A stretch of DNA of 64,000 bases from Patescibacteria group bacterium UBA3466 (GCA_002378195.1 DFRJ01000003.1:32879-96878); one strand, 5' to 3'; shown: positions 9,913 to 22,808, counted from the first letter of the stretch. A program made the numbers and translations. The notes: generated by a model from the letters alone, not told the origin.

Positions 9913-11130
9913 ATGCTCTTTAACTACAAAGCTGTCGACGCCAATAAAATTCAACGCGAAGGTACGGTTGAGGCTGGTTCTGTAGATGCGGCAATCACCG
10001 CAGTCCAAAGAAGGGGATACACTATAGTGTCGATTGACGAGGTTGGGGCCGAGGGCGGCTTTTCCAATCTGCTGAATATTCAGTTCACGATGTTTCAATC
10101 TGTATCCAATAAAGAGTTGGTTATTTTGTCACGTCAGATTGCTACTCTTTTTCAGGCTCAAGTGTCACCACTAAGAATCTTCAGTCTACTATCGGCTGAG
10201 GTGGAAAATGATCAGCTCAAGAGTGTAATGAATCAAATTGTCGAAGACCTGCAGGGTGGTAGCTCAATCTCAAAAGCCCTGTCTGCTCACCCGGCTATCT
10301 TTTCTTCATTTTACGTAAACCTAGTGAAGTCTGGTGAGGAGTCTGGTTCGCTAGAAAAATCTTTTGACTACTTGGCCGACTATCTCGACCGTCAGTATGA
10401 AGTGATTTCGAAGGCAAGGAACGCTCTCATTTACCCGGCGTTTGTGATCGCTATTTTCATTGGGGTAATGATTATGATGCTCACCTTGGTAATTCCTAAT
10501 ATTGCCAATATTCTGATTGATTCCGGACAAGAACTACCGATCTACACCAAGGTCGTCATTGGAATTTCTGATTTTCTAGTGAACTACATGGCGCTCCTTA
10601 TTATATTGGTGGCGGGGGCTGGCTTTGGCTACTGGCACTTCTCAAAGACCGATCTTGGTAAGCGAACGATTGATGAGTTTATGATTTCGGTACCGTATTT
10701 GGGCGACCTCAAGCGTAAGCTACTCCTGACCCGGATCTGTGACAACATGGCTACCATGCTGGGGAGCGGTATTTCAATTGTCCAAGCTCTAGAGGTGACA
10801 GCCGACGTGGTAGACAATGTAGTCTTTAAGGAAATTATTGAAGAGGCTCTGACTGAAGTGAAGGGTGGAAGATCTTTTGCTGACGCCATTTCTGAATATC
10901 CAGAAATTCCTGGAGTGCTAGCACAAATGGCCAAGGTGGGAGAGGAGACCGGTAGTCTAGGAAAAATCCTCACTACACTATCCAACTTTTACCGGCGCGA
11001 AGTTAATAACGCGGTCGACACCATGATTGGCCTTATCGAACCTGCCATGATTGTGGTGCTGGGTCTTGGGGTAGGGGTGTTACTCGCCTCAGTATTGATG
11101 CCGATCTACAACCTCTCAAGTTCGTTCTAG
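9913..11130 (+). CDS. pilC: Type IV pilus platform protein PilC (GspF family)
   Basis: GEESGSL, ALIYP, GEETGSL, LIEP, MPIY. Confidence 0.95.
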   Translation: MLFNYKAVDANKIQREGTVEAGSVDAAITAVQRRGYTIVSIDEVGAEGGFSNLLNIQFTMFQSVSNKELVILSRQIATLFQAQVSPLRIFSLLSAEVENDQLKSVMNQIVEDLQGGSSISKALSAHPAIFSSFYVNLVKSGEESGSLEKSFDYLADYLDRQYEVISKARNALIYPAFVIAIFIGVMIMMLTLVIPNIANILIDSGQELPIYTKVVIGISDFLVNYMALLIILVAGAGFGYWHFSKTDLGKRTIDEFMISVPYLGDLKRKLLLTRICDNMATMLGSGISIVQALEVTADVVDNVVFKEIIEEALTEVKGGRSFADAISEYPEIPGVLAQMAKVGEETGSLGKILTTLSNFYRREVNNAVDTMIGLIEPAMIVVLGLGVGVLLASVLMPIYNLSSSF

Positions 11131-11273
11131 GTTGAGTCGTTGTCCCCAACTAAACATACGTAAATAGTGGTATCACCGTATAATAAAGTCAGCCTTGTAC
11201 AACAAGAGCTGCTCATTTCAGATACACAGCTGATATCTGAAATGAGTATTAACGAAATAATATTTAATCAAAT

Positions 11274-11750
11274 ATGAAAAAGACTCTACAACGAGGTTTC
11301 ACACTAATCGAACTTCTCGTAGTAATCGCTATTATCGGTATTTTGGCGGCAGTGGTACTCGCATCTCTTAACGACGCGCGAGACGGTGGTCAAGACGCTT
11401 CAATCAAGCAATCAATTGGAAACGCTCGTTCACAAGCTGAGCTCGTGTATAACCAAGATGGATTTACTTACGCAGGTGTATGTGCTAGTCAGCCAATTCA
11501 AGATTTGATGCAGGCGGCAGTTGACAACCGAGCTGAAACAACAGCCATCGAAGATGATGATGTTGGAACTGCTACAGAAGTGACTTGTGCTAACACTGCT
11601 GCAGGTTATGGTATTGAAGCTCCATTGAACATCCCTGCGCCAGATGCAAGTGTGCAGATGTGGTGTGTTGACTCAACTGGTTTTGCGGGAACGACAACTC
11701 CTGGATCAATTGATGCTACAGCAGCAGCTGAAGATGTAACGTGTAACTAA
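11274..11750 (+). CDS. pilA: Major type IV pilin (probable)
   Basis: GFTLIELLVVIAIIGILAAVVL class III signal; own promoter and downstream terminator. Confidence 0.85.
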   Translation: MKKTLQRGFTLIELLVVIAIIGILAAVVLASLNDARDGGQDASIKQSIGNARSQAELVYNQDGFTYAGVCASQPIQDLMQAAVDNRAETTAIEDDDVGTATEVTCANTAAGYGIEAPLNIPAPDASVQMWCVDSTGFAGTTTPGSIDATAAAEDVTCN

Positions 11751-11767
11751 AGTATCACTTTTAGTTG

Positions 11768-11797
11768 ACAAAAAAGCGCCTTGGGCGCTTTTTTTGT
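11768..11797 (+). terminator. Intrinsic terminator after major pilin
   Basis: aaaaagcgcc-ttg-ggcgcttttttt. Confidence 0.75.
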
Positions 11798-11845
11798 TTA
11801 TTAGTAATTATGAGAATAGTATTGTCGCGTTATAATAATGGAGAC

Positions 11846-12256
11846 ATGAAGCGACAAAAAGGATTTACTATTATTGAGCTATTGACCGTAATTACTATTA
11901 TCGGCATCTTGGCCGCAGTGATATTGGGTGCCTTAGGGGACGCTCGTAACGAGGGTATTGGGGCAAAAATTATTTCGGAGATGGATGCTATCTCCAAGCG
12001 AGCCGAGATAGAGAGTGTGACCACTGGTACCTACGATGCCGTGTGTGGCTCTAACGGCTTTGCTACCTCGACGGTGATCGCTGGTATTATTGATTCGATC
12101 AATTCTTTAGCTTCTAGTACGTTGGTATGCAACAGTACTACTTCTGAATATGCGATGTCGGCTCCAGTTCAGGCGGTGCACTGGTGTATAGACAGTACCG
12201 GGCAAAGAAAAGAGATTGGGGCCGAGTTGGGAGGAGGAGTGTTTGTGTGTCCGTAG
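11846..12256 (+). CDS. Type IV pilin paralog
   Basis: GFTIIELL signal; WCIDSTG shared with preceding pilin. Confidence 0.9.
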   Translation: MKRQKGFTIIELLTVITIIGILAAVILGALGDARNEGIGAKIISEMDAISKRAEIESVTTGTYDAVCGSNGFATSTVIAGIIDSINSLASSTLVCNSTTSEYAMSAPVQAVHWCIDSTGQRKEIGAELGGGVFVCP

Positions 12257-12259
12257 TAT

Positions 12260-13093
12260 ATGATTTTGCTCGATCAGTTTTTACCGCTTGGCCCGATCAT
12301 GGGCGTTATTGCGTTTGGCTTTGGGGTCATTATCGGTAGTTTTCTCAATGTCTATATTTACCGGTTTCATACCGGCAAATCGCTGTCTGGGCACTCACAC
12401 TGTTTGTCGTGCGGAGGTAGACTCAAGTGGTATGACCTGTTTCCGCTATTGTCATTTTTAATTCTACGTGGACGTTGTCGGCACTGTAGTTGTCTGATTA
12501 CCACGCGGTACTTCTGGGTTGAGCTGGTGACAGGCTTATTATTTATGTTGACCCTACTTCTTACTACTGATCTACTGCTAGTTCTGTTGTGGTGGGTTGT
12601 CTTGTCTATTTTGGTGGTGATCACTGTCTATGATCTTAATCACTTTGTGATACCAGACGCACTGACGGCTGCATTGGTGGTTTTGGCTGGTGTGATGCTG
12701 GGGTATAAGTATTTTTATTATGTAGCTGACTGGCAGTACATTGCTCTTACGGTGCTTACGCCTTTACTGGGGGTTTTATTTTTCTTCGGCTTATGGTTTT
12801 TCTCCAAGGGAAAATGGATTGGTTTTGGGGATGTGAAGTTAGCGTTTCCGCTTGGTCTGCTGGTAGGGCCGGCGGCAGTTTTCTCTTTTGTAGTGTTGTC
12901 TTTCTGGATTGGAGCGGCCATCAGTTTACTTATCATTGCCTATACTAGATGGAGCAGGGGAAAATATCGCTTACATTTAGAAGGTCGAGCCCTTACAATG
13001 AAGAGTGAGGTGCCGTTCGCTCCTTTTTTGGTCCTGAGCTGCCTCATAATTCTTTTTACACACTTTGATGTTTTGGAAATTTTCCGTTTCTAA
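12260..13093 (+). CDS. pilD: Prepilin peptidase PilD
   Basis: GSFLNV, CxxC/CxxC, GFGDVKL, VPFAPFL. Confidence 0.95.
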   Translation: MILLDQFLPLGPIMGVIAFGFGVIIGSFLNVYIYRFHTGKSLSGHSHCLSCGGRLKWYDLFPLLSFLILRGRCRHCSCLITTRYFWVELVTGLLFMLTLLLTTDLLLVLLWWVVLSILVVITVYDLNHFVIPDALTAALVVLAGVMLGYKYFYYVADWQYIALTVLTPLLGVLFFFGLWFFSKGKWIGFGDVKLAFPLGLLVGPAAVFSFVVLSFWIGAAISLLIIAYTRWSRGKYRLHLEGRALTMKSEVPFAPFLVLSCLIILFTHFDVLEIFRF

Positions 13094-13658
13094 TAGAGCT
13101 AATCCGACCAAACAATCTGGCTTTGGCTTGATTGAGTTGATGGTGAGTATCAGCATCATGATTTTGGTGGTCAGTATTGTGGTAACAGGTCAAAGTTCCT
13201 TCAATAGTTCTGTGCTATTACGTAGTGAAGCCTACGATATCGCTCTTCGAATACGTGAGGTGCAGCTAAATGCGGTGAGTGCCAGTAGTGACGGTTCCAA
13301 CGATTTTCGCTCGGTTTTAGGAGTGCACTTTGATGAGACGACCAACAATCAGCGTTTTGCGGTCTTTAAAGATAGCGACGGAGATAATTATTACGACGGG
13401 GTTGGTGAACAGTTTGATATACAAGGAGTGATTAACCCTCGCTTCGTGGTGTCTGATATTAGAGAGGTCGGTGGCACGACGGCAACTCCAGACGAGTTGT
13501 CGATTGTGTTTGAGCGCCCTAACTTTGACGCCAAGTTTTTTGATAGTCCAGGAAACGAATTGACTGGTAGTGCAGTGCAGATTGATCTGCAAGAGATCGA
13601 TACGGGTGATGTGCGTACTATTGAAGTAACGGCTACTGGCCAGATCGGAGTTATATAA
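13068..13658 (+). CDS. Minor pilin (FimT/GspH-like)
   Basis: GFGLIELMV N-methylation motif. Confidence 0.8.
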   Translation: MFWKFSVSNRANPTKQSGFGLIELMVSISIMILVVSIVVTGQSSFNSSVLLRSEAYDIALRIREVQLNAVSASSDGSNDFRSVLGVHFDETTNNQRFAVFKDSDGDNYYDGVGEQFDIQGVINPRFVVSDIREVGGTTATPDELSIVFERPNFDAKFFDSPGNELTGSAVQIDLQEIDTGDVRTIEVTATGQIGVI

Positions 13659-13660
13659 AT

Positions 13661-14326
13661 ATGAAAAATTACCACTCAACACAAAAAGGATTTACTCTAA
13701 TCGAAATGATCGTATCTTTGGCGGTATTTTCCACTGTGATCACTATTGCGGTGGGAGCACTACTGATGCTTATCGGTACCAATCAAAGACTGCAGGACGA
13801 ACAAACAGTCATGACTAACTTGTCGTTTGCTTTAGACAGTATGACGCGTGAGATTCGAACCGGCACCAATTACTACTGTCTTTCAGATGATGATATTGAT
13901 GGAGGTGGTGCGGGCCAACGTATTTTTGAAGATGGAGAAGATTTGGATTTTTCACCAACTCAGGATTGCGTGGATGGAAATAATGACTCTTCCCCAAGAC
14001 GTTATCACGGTATGTCTTTTGTCGAGTCGGGGCAGAGTATTACTGAAGTCGCCAATACTAGGATTGCTTACTTTGTTGATTTAACGTCAGGAATTATGTA
14101 TCGCCGGATTAGCGGTCAGGCAGCCGAGCAAATTACTTCCTCAGGTTTGGAAGTGGTACACGCTGAATTTTTTGTCACTGGTAGTACTAGATTGGTAGAC
14201 GGCGGGGCCGGCGCAGACAAGCAGCCAACTGTTACAATTGTATTGGAGGCCAGAGACCGTACATCGGAGTCGGGTGAGACATATCATGTGCAAACCACCG
14301 TAACGCAACGATCCGCTGATTTATGA
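13661..14326 (+). CDS. Minor pilin (PilW/GspJ-like)
   Basis: GFTLIEMIV, ALDSMTREIR. Confidence 0.85.
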   Translation: MKNYHSTQKGFTLIEMIVSLAVFSTVITIAVGALLMLIGTNQRLQDEQTVMTNLSFALDSMTREIRTGTNYYCLSDDDIDGGGAGQRIFEDGEDLDFSPTQDCVDGNNDSSPRRYHGMSFVESGQSITEVANTRIAYFVDLTSGIMYRRISGQAAEQITSSGLEVVHAEFFVTGSTRLVDGGAGADKQPTVTIVLEARDRTSESGETYHVQTTVTQRSADL

Positions 14327-14905
14327 AATACTACACATCAACACAATCTGGTTTTAGTTTAGTCGAGACTCTGGTGGCGATCACGATTTTGTTGGTGGTG
14401 ATTGTTGGTCCAATGACTATCAGTACATCGACGGCACGCAGTACCAGTTTTGCTAGTGAAAAAGTGACTGCCTTTTTCTTGGCACAGGAGGGAGCGGAGC
14501 TCGTGCAGAAGGTGCGAGACGATTTAATACTTGAGGCTTTTAATACTGGCTCAGCACCCCAAGGTAACTGGGAAATATTCTCTGGCGTTATACCAGGTAG
14601 TCCAGTCTCTACTTGCTACAACGCCGATGGTTGCGGTATTCATCTCAATACAGATGCAGATGCGTCCATTAATGTCGTGTCGTGTGCCTCAGCAGCGAAC
14701 TGCCGACTTTATCTAGACGATTCTAGTACTAGAGCGCGTTTTACTCACTCTTCCCTGGGAGGCAATGAGTCTACTTTATACACCCGAGCAATCACTCTGA
14801 CGCGGTCAGGTAGTAATGATCAGGTTCAGGTTGTATCTACGGTGACTTGGCGGTCAGGTAATTTGGCGGAAGAGCAGCAAGTGTCGGTAGAAACTTTTTT
14901 ACATA

Positions 14906-14922
<17 letters not shown>
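14323..14922 (+). CDS. Minor pilin (PilV/GspI-like)
   Basis: GFSLVETLVA, AFFLAQEGAE. Confidence 0.85.
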
Positions 14923-17559
<2,637 letters not shown>

Positions 17560-17587
17560 TATTAATTAGAGTGGTATGCTAAGCACC

Positions 17588-17881
17588 ATGAAAAAGGAAG
17601 ATATTGAGCATCTGGCCTCTCTAGCCAGAATAAAATTAACAGAAGAAGAAAAGGAGGGTTTGGTTGGAGATCTCTCTAGTATTGTGTCTTACGTTAGTGA
17701 GGTGAGCGAGATTGCTTCCGACGATATCGATAGTCAGCCGCAGGTTGGTCCGAGATTTAATGTGTTTCGGGCTGATGAGGTGACTAATGAAGCTGATGAG
17801 TATACTCAAGATGTCCTCAATGAAATGCCAGACACAGATGGTCGATTTATGAAAGTGAAGAAAATTCTTAAAGCTGAATAA
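17588..17881 (+). CDS. gatC: Asp/Glu-tRNA amidotransferase subunit C
   Basis: IEHLASLARI..FRADEV; directly upstream of gatA. Confidence 0.92.
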   Translation: MKKEDIEHLASLARIKLTEEEKEGLVGDLSSIVSYVSEVSEIASDDIDSQPQVGPRFNVFRADEVTNEADEYTQDVLNEMPDTDGRFMKVKKILKAE

Positions 17882-17883
17882 TC

Positions 17884-19299
17884 ATGCATACTGTTAAAGA
17901 ACTGAGAGAAAAGTATATTGCTGGTGAACTAACACCGTCTGGTGTGGTGGCAGAAGCGCTCGACAACATCAAGAAGCTCAATCCAGAAATAAATGCGTAC
18001 TTGCATATTTACGATGATGCCGTCGAAGCCGCCAAAGAAGCGGATGCTCTATATAAAGAAAAAGGGGCTGATACACCGAGCTTATTGGGTGTGCCGGTGG
18101 CTGTCAAAAATAATATTTTGATCAAGGGCAAAAAAGCGACCGGAGCATCAAAGATTCTTGAAAATTATACCGCTGTCTATGACGCAACTATTATTGAAAA
18201 GCTGCGCGCGGAAGGTGCTATTTTTGTCGGTTCAACCAACTTAGATGAGTTTGCGATGGGAGGTTCAACCGAGAATTCTGCCTTCGGTATTACTAAAAAT
18301 CCGGTTGATCCAGAGCGAGTGCCTGGTGGTTCGTCTGGTGGGTCTGCAGCAGCTGTGGCCATGGGTTCAGTGCCGGTAGCTATTGGTACTGATACAGGAG
18401 GCTCGGTGCGGCAACCAGCTAGCTACTGTGGAGTAGTGGGATATAAGCCGACCTACGGGGCAGTGTCTCGTTATGGTCTGATGGCAATGGGTTCTTCACT
18501 GGATCAGGCTGGTCCACTCACAAATACCGTGGCTGATGCAGAGATGGTTCACAATATTATGTCTGGACTGGATAAGATGGATGGGACCACAATTGCGGAT
18601 GATACTTATCCAAAGCTAGAGACCAAAGATAAATATACTTTTGGGGTGCCAAAAGATTTTCTAAAAGAGGGTGTCGACGAAGATGTCTTGAGTGCATTTA
18701 ATGCACACGTCGAAAGTCTAAAAGCGGCCGGACACGAGGTGGTAGAAGTAGAGTTACCTTTGTTTGAAAAAGGCTTAGCCGCCTATTACATTGTAATGCC
18801 AGCTGAAGTGTCTTCTAATCTGGCTCGTTATGATGGAATCCGTTACGGCTTGTCAGCTGAGGGTGATGATTTGCTGGATGTGTACGAGCAGTCTAGAGCT
18901 GAAGGATTTGGTCCTGAGGTGAAGCGTAGAATCTTGCTCGGTACCCACGTGTTGTCGTCGGGCTACTATGATGCCTATTATGGTAAAGCAGAGCTGGCTC
19001 GTAAGAAAATGCGAGAGGAACTGGCAGAAGTGTTTGCTGGAGTCGATTTTATCATTACTCCAACCGCTCCAACTCCGGCCTTTAAGATTGGGGAGAATGA
19101 AGATCCGTTATCTATCTACAAACAAGATATCTTTACTGTACCAGTTAATCTAACTGGTGTGCCAGCTATTTCATTCCCGATGGGAACAGTGGAACGAGAC
19201 GGAAAGGAATTGCCGGTTGGGGTACAATATATTGGACCACACGGTGGTGACGCTCGATTGTTTGATGTTGGTAAAGCAGTATACGACGAGCAGAAATAG
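17884..19299 (+). CDS. gatA: Asp/Glu-tRNA amidotransferase subunit A
   Basis: Amidase signature GGSSGGSAAAVA, GTDTGGSVRQPA, SSNLARYDGIRYG. Confidence 0.96.
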   Translation: MHTVKELREKYIAGELTPSGVVAEALDNIKKLNPEINAYLHIYDDAVEAAKEADALYKEKGADTPSLLGVPVAVKNNILIKGKKATGASKILENYTAVYDATIIEKLRAEGAIFVGSTNLDEFAMGGSTENSAFGITKNPVDPERVPGGSSGGSAAAVAMGSVPVAIGTDTGGSVRQPASYCGVVGYKPTYGAVSRYGLMAMGSSLDQAGPLTNTVADAEMVHNIMSGLDKMDGTTIADDTYPKLETKDKYTFGVPKDFLKEGVDEDVLSAFNAHVESLKAAGHEVVEVELPLFEKGLAAYYIVMPAEVSSNLARYDGIRYGLSAEGDDLLDVYEQSRAEGFGPEVKRRILLGTHVLSSGYYDAYYGKAELARKKMREELAEVFAGVDFIITPTAPTPAFKIGENEDPLSIYKQDIFTVPVNLTGVPAISFPMGTVERDGKELPVGVQYIGPHGGDARLFDVGKAVYDEQK

Positions 19300-19335
19300 G
19301 AGCTGATCAAACTAAGAAGGTCAGTTTCAGAAACT

Positions 19336-19986
19336 ATGGAACCTGATCCAATTGAAATTTCTACTGAAGGGAGCTCGCTTGTAGCTACCACTAGTCCACT
19401 ACCTGAGGTGGGTGGGTTTGATATCTTTGCTTATCTGGGTTCATTGTTTGGAAATAGTGAGACATTTGCTAGTTTGACCACCGGCAGTGGTTTTATGAGT
19501 TTTTTAGCTAGTCTGTGGTTGACTGTTGCGATCATTTCTTCCATCTTTTCAATCTTTTTTTTGGTTATTTACGTTTTTGCTTCCATGCGACGAACACTTT
19601 ATCTGGGACTCTTGGCTCAAGAGACAGTTGACCAAGAAGAATTGTGGGCGCAGTTGTACGGACAGCGGTCAGAAAATAATCGTATTAAGAGTGTTTTGGC
19701 AAACGCAGCTTCGAGTAACCCGAATGATTGGAAATTGGCGATTATTGAAGCTGATATAATTTTAGATGAGACGCTGAAAGAGAGGGGTTTCGTGGGGGAT
19801 TCATTGGGTGAGAGGTTGAAGTCGGTATCGGCTAACCAGCTTGCATCAATCGGCGATGCTTGGGAAGCGCACAAGGTTAGAAATAATATTGCGCACAAAG
19901 GCGCAGACTTTGTTCTCACTAAGAGACTGGTAGACGAAACAATCGGTCGTTACCAAAGAGTTTTTAAAGAGTTTGGATTGATGTAG
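19336..19986 (+). CDS. Hypothetical membrane-anchored protein
   Basis: One TM plus helical domain (AIIEAD, AHKVRNNIAH). Confidence 0.7.
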   Translation: MEPDPIEISTEGSSLVATTSPLPEVGGFDIFAYLGSLFGNSETFASLTTGSGFMSFLASLWLTVAIISSIFSIFFLVIYVFASMRRTLYLGLLAQETVDQEELWAQLYGQRSENNRIKSVLANAASSNPNDWKLAIIEADIILDETLKERGFVGDSLGERLKSVSANQLASIGDAWEAHKVRNNIAHKGADFVLTKRLVDETIGRYQRVFKEFGLM

Positions 19987-20040
19987 TTGCTAATCTGAGC
20001 TAAATAGTGTATTTTCTATACCTACTGATTCGCTCAGAAA

Positions 20041-20094
20041 CAGCGGGGTGGAGGAGAGGTACCGAGCGGAAAGATTATCTGACTCATAACCTCC
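20041..20094 (+). repeat. Upstream partial copy of tRNA-fMet 5' half
   Basis: 20041-20063 identical to 20137-20159; CTCATAACCTCC anticodon piece at 20083-20094. Confidence 0.85.
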
Positions 20095-20137
20095 CGGGGT
20101 TTCGCTAAAGAGGGAGTAGAAGTAAAAAATAATATCC

Positions 20138-20208
20138 AGCGGGGTGGAGGAGAGGTACCTCGGGAGGCTCATAACCTCCAGACCCCGGTTCGATTCCGGG
20201 CCCCGCAA
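20138..20208 (+). tRNA. tRNA-fMet (CAU), initiator
   Basis: Cloverleaf with A1/A72 mismatch, A11:U24, CAT anticodon, GGTTCGATT T-loop; CCA not encoded. Confidence 0.92.
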
Positions 20209-20210
20209 CA

Positions 20211-20532
20211 AATACAAATAAGACCAGCTTCGGCTGGTCTTATTTGTATTATGAATGCGGAGGCTAGAGAGCCAACTGCTTGGCTCTCGTCGGAATCGAA
20301 CGGTCGGAGCGGTGTGAGTTTACGAACGAGCGAGACGGGGTCGAGAGTACTTACTAGAATTAGAGCGAAGCGAATTATTATAGTTAGTAACTCGTGACTC
20401 GATTCCGGTTGCTACAGAACCAGTACACCTTTTGGAAATTGAAATTTCTCAAAAGGTTTTACAAAAACTTCCCAAGTTTTTTCACCCCGCAACAAGTTAA
20501 CAAAAGGTCGCGAGCAAAGCTCGCGACCTTTT
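20211..20532 (+). repeat. tRNA-linked structured element, family 1 (fMet copy)
   Basis: Terminator 20211-20250, antisense tRNA 3' end 20256-20301, 97-nt core 20302-20398 shared with Thr copy, split sense copy 20399-20408 and 20485-20495, hairpin 20502-20532. Confidence 0.85.
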
Positions 20533-20549
20533 GCTATAATCCAAGCCAT

Positions 20550-21278
20550 ATGCAATGTGTAATTCTAGCGGCCGGAAAAGGAAGTCGCCTAAAACCTTTA
20601 ACAGAAAATACTCCAAAGCCACTAGTAAAAGTAGCTGACAAATCTTTGCTCGACCACATCGTTGAAGCGCTTCCGAGCGCTGTCGATAGCCTCATTATCG
20701 TGACTGGCTACTTAGAAGACCAAATTCGTGACCATTGTGGCGATGAATTTCATGGTCGTAAAGTAACTTACGTGCACCAGGAAGAGCAGAAAGGTACAGC
20801 TCACGCACTCTGGCTGTGTAAGGAGCACTTGATCGGTAAAGGACGTTTTTTGTTTATGTATGCCGATGATCTTCATGGTGCTCAAGATATAGCGAGAGCT
20901 ACTTCGTACTCTCGTTCTATGCTAACGCTGACTACCAATAATCCAGAAAAGTTTGGTATTGTAGTGCGTCATCCTGACGGTACCCTAGCAGAAATGATAG
21001 AAAAACCAGAACATCCGCCTTCAAACCTAGCGTCGACCGGAGTGATGGTGCTTGATGATAATATCTTTAAGTTTGACCCTTACGCAAAGATGACCAAGGG
21101 AGAGTACTACCTAACCGACGTGATTGCTGAGTATGCTCGAGAATATCCGATTGCGGTGGTAGAGCAGGGGTTGTGGATTCCGATAGCTTATCCGGAAGAC
21201 ATTGAAAGAGCGGAAGAGATTTTAGAATCTTTCAAAGGTACTATTGGAGGAAATGTATTGAAGCAAACGACAAAATAG
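20550..21278 (+). CDS. Sugar-phosphate nucleotidyltransferase (RmlA/GlmU N-terminal-like)
   Basis: VILAAGKGSRLKPLT..PKPL, GTAHAL, EKP, EYYLTD. Confidence 0.9.
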   Translation: MQCVILAAGKGSRLKPLTENTPKPLVKVADKSLLDHIVEALPSAVDSLIIVTGYLEDQIRDHCGDEFHGRKVTYVHQEEQKGTAHALWLCKEHLIGKGRFLFMYADDLHGAQDIARATSYSRSMLTLTTNNPEKFGIVVRHPDGTLAEMIEKPEHPPSNLASTGVMVLDDNIFKFDPYAKMTKGEYYLTDVIAEYAREYPIAVVEQGLWIPIAYPEDIERAEEILESFKGTIGGNVLKQTTK

Positions 21279-21399
21279 TGTACTCTAGCGCCACACAGAG
21301 GAAATAACTTTCCTCATTTGCTGATGTAAGCAAAGCTTGCCTCAGCGGCATTCGGAACTAGAATATAAAAGTTAACTTTGATATTCTGATTCCTCATTT

Positions 21400-21473
21400 G
21401 CTGACGTAGCTCAGTTGGTTAGAGCGTAGGACTCATAAACCTAAGGTCGGAGGTTCAATTCCTCCCGTCAGCA
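21400..21473 (+). tRNA. tRNA-Met/Ile2 (CAU), elongator type
   Basis: GCTGACG/CGTCAGC acceptor stem, TAGCTCAGTTGG, CTCATAA loop, GGTTCAATT; Met versus Ile2 not resolved. Confidence 0.9.
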
Positions 21474-21654
21474 CAAGAAAATCCCTCCGGGGATTTTTTG
21501 TTGACGGAGTAAGTGCTGGGAGCACTTACGTGGGGAGTTGAAAAGGTTGCCAGTTAGTTTTGAACGAAGTGAGAAAACTAACGACAACCTGTACTGAACC
21601 TGTAAGGTTCAATTCCTCCCGTCAGCACAAGAAAATCCCTTCGGGGATTTTTTG
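21474..21654 (+). repeat. tRNA-linked structured element, family 2 (Met/Ile2 copy)
   Basis: Terminator, antisense 3' end 21499-21542 with GGG-loop hairpin, core, gaacc-tgtaa-ggttc hairpin, sense copy of tRNA 3' end plus terminator 21605-21654. Confidence 0.85.
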
Positions 21655-21677
21655 CTGACTGTTGGTATAATAATCTT

Positions 21678-21905
21678 ATGAATGCAACAACCATTATCGG
21701 AATTATCGGAGCATCTCTTATCCTTGTAGCATTTATTTTAAATCAAACAGGGGAGTGGTCGAAAGACTCGTTCTCATATGACCTTGTGAATGCTGTCGGG
21801 TCAGCTGTATTAATTTACTACGCCTACTTACTTACCAGCTACCCGTTTATGGTTTTAAACGGAGTGTGGTTCGTAATTTCATTTAAAGATTTGCTGAGAA
21901 GGTAG
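21678..21905 (+). CDS. Small membrane protein (CBU_0592-like)
   Basis: IGIIGASLILVAF, YDLVNAVGS, PFMVLNGVW; three TM segments. Confidence 0.7.
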   Translation: MNATTIIGIIGASLILVAFILNQTGEWSKDSFSYDLVNAVGSAVLIYYAYLLTSYPFMVLNGVWFVISFKDLLRR

Positions 21906-21968
21906 ATACAATTAATACACATAAAAATGACAAAGCCGCTGTTAAGCGGCTGTAGAAAGTTGTCCCGG

Positions 21969-22808
21969 TTATACACCAGGAGTGAATCCGATGAGTACCT
22001 TCTTGCGATTTGGGTCACCGAGGGATTGTGCTATGAGAGAGGTGTATTTACTCTCCAGTTGTCCAGCAGCGGCTTGGGCTTCAAGCATGCGGATCGTTCT
22101 CTCGAGCGGTATTCCAGCTTTGTACGGTCGGAAGGCCATCAAAGCTTCAAGTACATCAATTACGGCAAAGAATTTACCAGCAAAAGATATCTCTGAAGCT
22201 TTGAGTCCTCTTGGATATCCGCTCCCGTCGAGTCTTTCGTGATGTTCTAGGGCGCAGTCAGACAAAAATCTCACTAAAGGGTTGAAGTCAATTACAGACA
22301 AACCGTTTATTTGATCAATGAAGATGCTGCCACGATTCTCGATAATTTGGCTGGATAGGGTGGTGTGGGCTTGCTGCTCGATCATTTCCTCCTGGGTTAA
22401 TCGGCGATCAAGCTCATAGATCTTGTTCCACTTTGGTTTAGCTATATCGTGCAAGTATGCCGCTAGACCAAATAAAGACCTGCCACATGGGTTTAAGACA
22501 AATCCATCAGGTGTTTCTTCAAAAAAAATACCCTTCAGGATTACATTCTGCAGATATGCGTCAGAAAAAGAATCAACCTCCTCTTCAGACCAGATCAACC
22601 AGCCTGCTACATTTTTTGCAATGAGAGACGTGTTGTGCGAATGATTTCGCATTGAAGTAATCATTTCGACCATATCTACTTCTGCTTGGTCTTTAAACCA
22701 GAGCAAAAATCTAGATAAGTCGGAACATACTTCGTTGACGTCTCGGTTACTTACGGCAACGTTCAAGCATAGACTTATCAGATCTTTAGACATGGTGTTT
22801 AACCTCAT
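21969..22808 (-). CDS. HD-GYP domain phosphodiesterase
   Basis: LHDIAK, HHERLDGSGYP, IDVLEAL, RPYK. Confidence 0.9.
   Translation of the reverse strand: MRLNTMSKDLISLCLNVAVSNRDVNEVCSDLSRFLLWFKDQAEVDMVEMITSMRNHSHNTSLIAKNVAGWLIWSEEEVDSFSDAYLQNVILKGIFFEETPDGFVLNPCGRSLFGLAAYLHDIAKPKWNKIYELDRRLTQEEMIEQQAHTTLSSQIIENRGSIFIDQINGLSVIDFNPLVRFLSDCALEHHERLDGSGYPRGLKASEISFAGKFFAVIDVLEALMAFRPYKAGIPLERTIRMLEAQAAAGQLESKYTSLIAQSLGDPNRKKVLIGFTPGV

Noticed and set aside
20041-20110. Second tRNA-Met gene or intron-split tRNA
   Set aside because: No T-arm or acceptor 3' strand follows and the intact gene is 97 nt downstream; treated as a partial duplication.
20394-20549. N-terminal extension of the nucleotidyltransferase in the ORF track
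   Set aside because: It runs through the tRNA-linked repeat and hairpin; the family motif starts at ATG 20550, just after a TATAAT.
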